A stretch of DNA of 24,874 bases from Actinomycetes bacterium. GTDB taxonomy: Bacteria > Actinomycetota > Acidimicrobiia > Spongiisociales > UBA5794. Shown here one piece after another: positions 24,698-24,874 of the stretch. Within the stretch, counting starts at the first letter, position 1; the number at the start of each line of letters is the position of its first letter. Below the pieces are notes generated by a model. It was given only the letters and a program-made list of their open reading frames with translations. It ran no database searches and was not told the origin of the DNA. Where the stretch lies: contig JAMBLL010000087.1 of assembly GCA_023336765.1 (NCBI GenBank), positions 1-24,874 of the forward strand, written 5' to 3'. Both the position numbers and the translations under genes were made by a program.

Positions 24698-24750
24698 TCT
24701 CCCCCGGCCTTCGCGGGGGAGATGGGCCGAGGAACGAGGGCCAGAGGGGG
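24698..24750 (-). repeat. GC-rich intergenic repeat (REP/CIR-like), copy 1
   Basis: Minus strand CCCCCTCTGGCCCTCGTTCCTCGGCCCATCTCCCCCG-cgaaggc-CGGGGGAGA, with a perfect 9-bp terminal stem. Confidence 0.7.
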
Positions 24751-24821
24751 AAACCCGAGTCGTACCACTTACCTCAACCCAGTGACCTGACACGCGCAGC
24801 CTCAGTGGATCTTCGTGGTCT

Positions 24822-24874
24822 CCCCCTCCGACCTCGCTGCGCTCGGCCACCTCCCCTTTGTGTCATGCTTGGGG
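24822..24874 (+). repeat. GC-rich intergenic repeat (REP/CIR-like), copy 2, truncated by the window end
   Basis: CCCCCTCCGACCTCGCTGCGCTCGGCCACCTCCCC-tttgtgtcatgctt-GGGG... aligns with copy 1 in inverted orientation. Confidence 0.65.

Noticed and set aside
24418-24850. ORFs 24418..24768, 24296..24850 and 24597..24785 as genes, or a riboswitch/ncRNA in 24552-24690
   Set aside because: The ORFs run through the repeat elements and lack RBS or protein-like composition. Only a 7-bp hairpin (24644-24667) was seen, with no known RNA motif.
1-24874. Frequent CGATCG/GATC/TCGA words as a HIP1-like repeat or methylation signal
   Set aside because: Readily produced by ATC-GAN and GAT-CGN codon pairs in this codon usage. 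An observed/expected count under a codon-aware Markov model would be needed and was not run.

Overview
High-GC bacterial DNA, most consistent with an Actinomycetota (probably Acidimicrobiia-like) chromosome. This is an inference from the F420-type LLM oxidoreductase, lipoprotein solute-binding protein and repeated TANNNT-N6/7-start leaderless genes. From left to right: (i) the 5' end of a type I restriction-modification hsdM gene running off the left edge, missed by the ORF track. (ii) An uncharacterised 311-aa protein (X1) translationally coupled to a VapC/PIN toxin. (iii) A ROK-repressed sugar ABC uptake and redox catabolic cluster with recognisable divergent promoters and operators. (iv) A 296-aa paralog of X1 (X2) coupled to a sirtuin instead of a PIN toxin. 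(v) fumC, pncB, an SRPBCC/TetR pair and a sufC-sufS-sufU-pncA run. (vi) LLM oxidoreductase, MBL hydrolase, CPHC thioredoxin, dsbB and small hypothetical genes. Three unrelated families of intergenic structured repeats are also present. The best candidate for an undescribed system is the X1-VapC / X2-sirtuin pair: one large uncharacterised protein family fused to a VapB-like tail in one copy, and lacking that tail's terminal helix in the copy coupled to a different enzyme. All family assignments come from motif recognition and memory; no searches were run. No rRNA, tRNA, CRISPR array or transposase was recognised.
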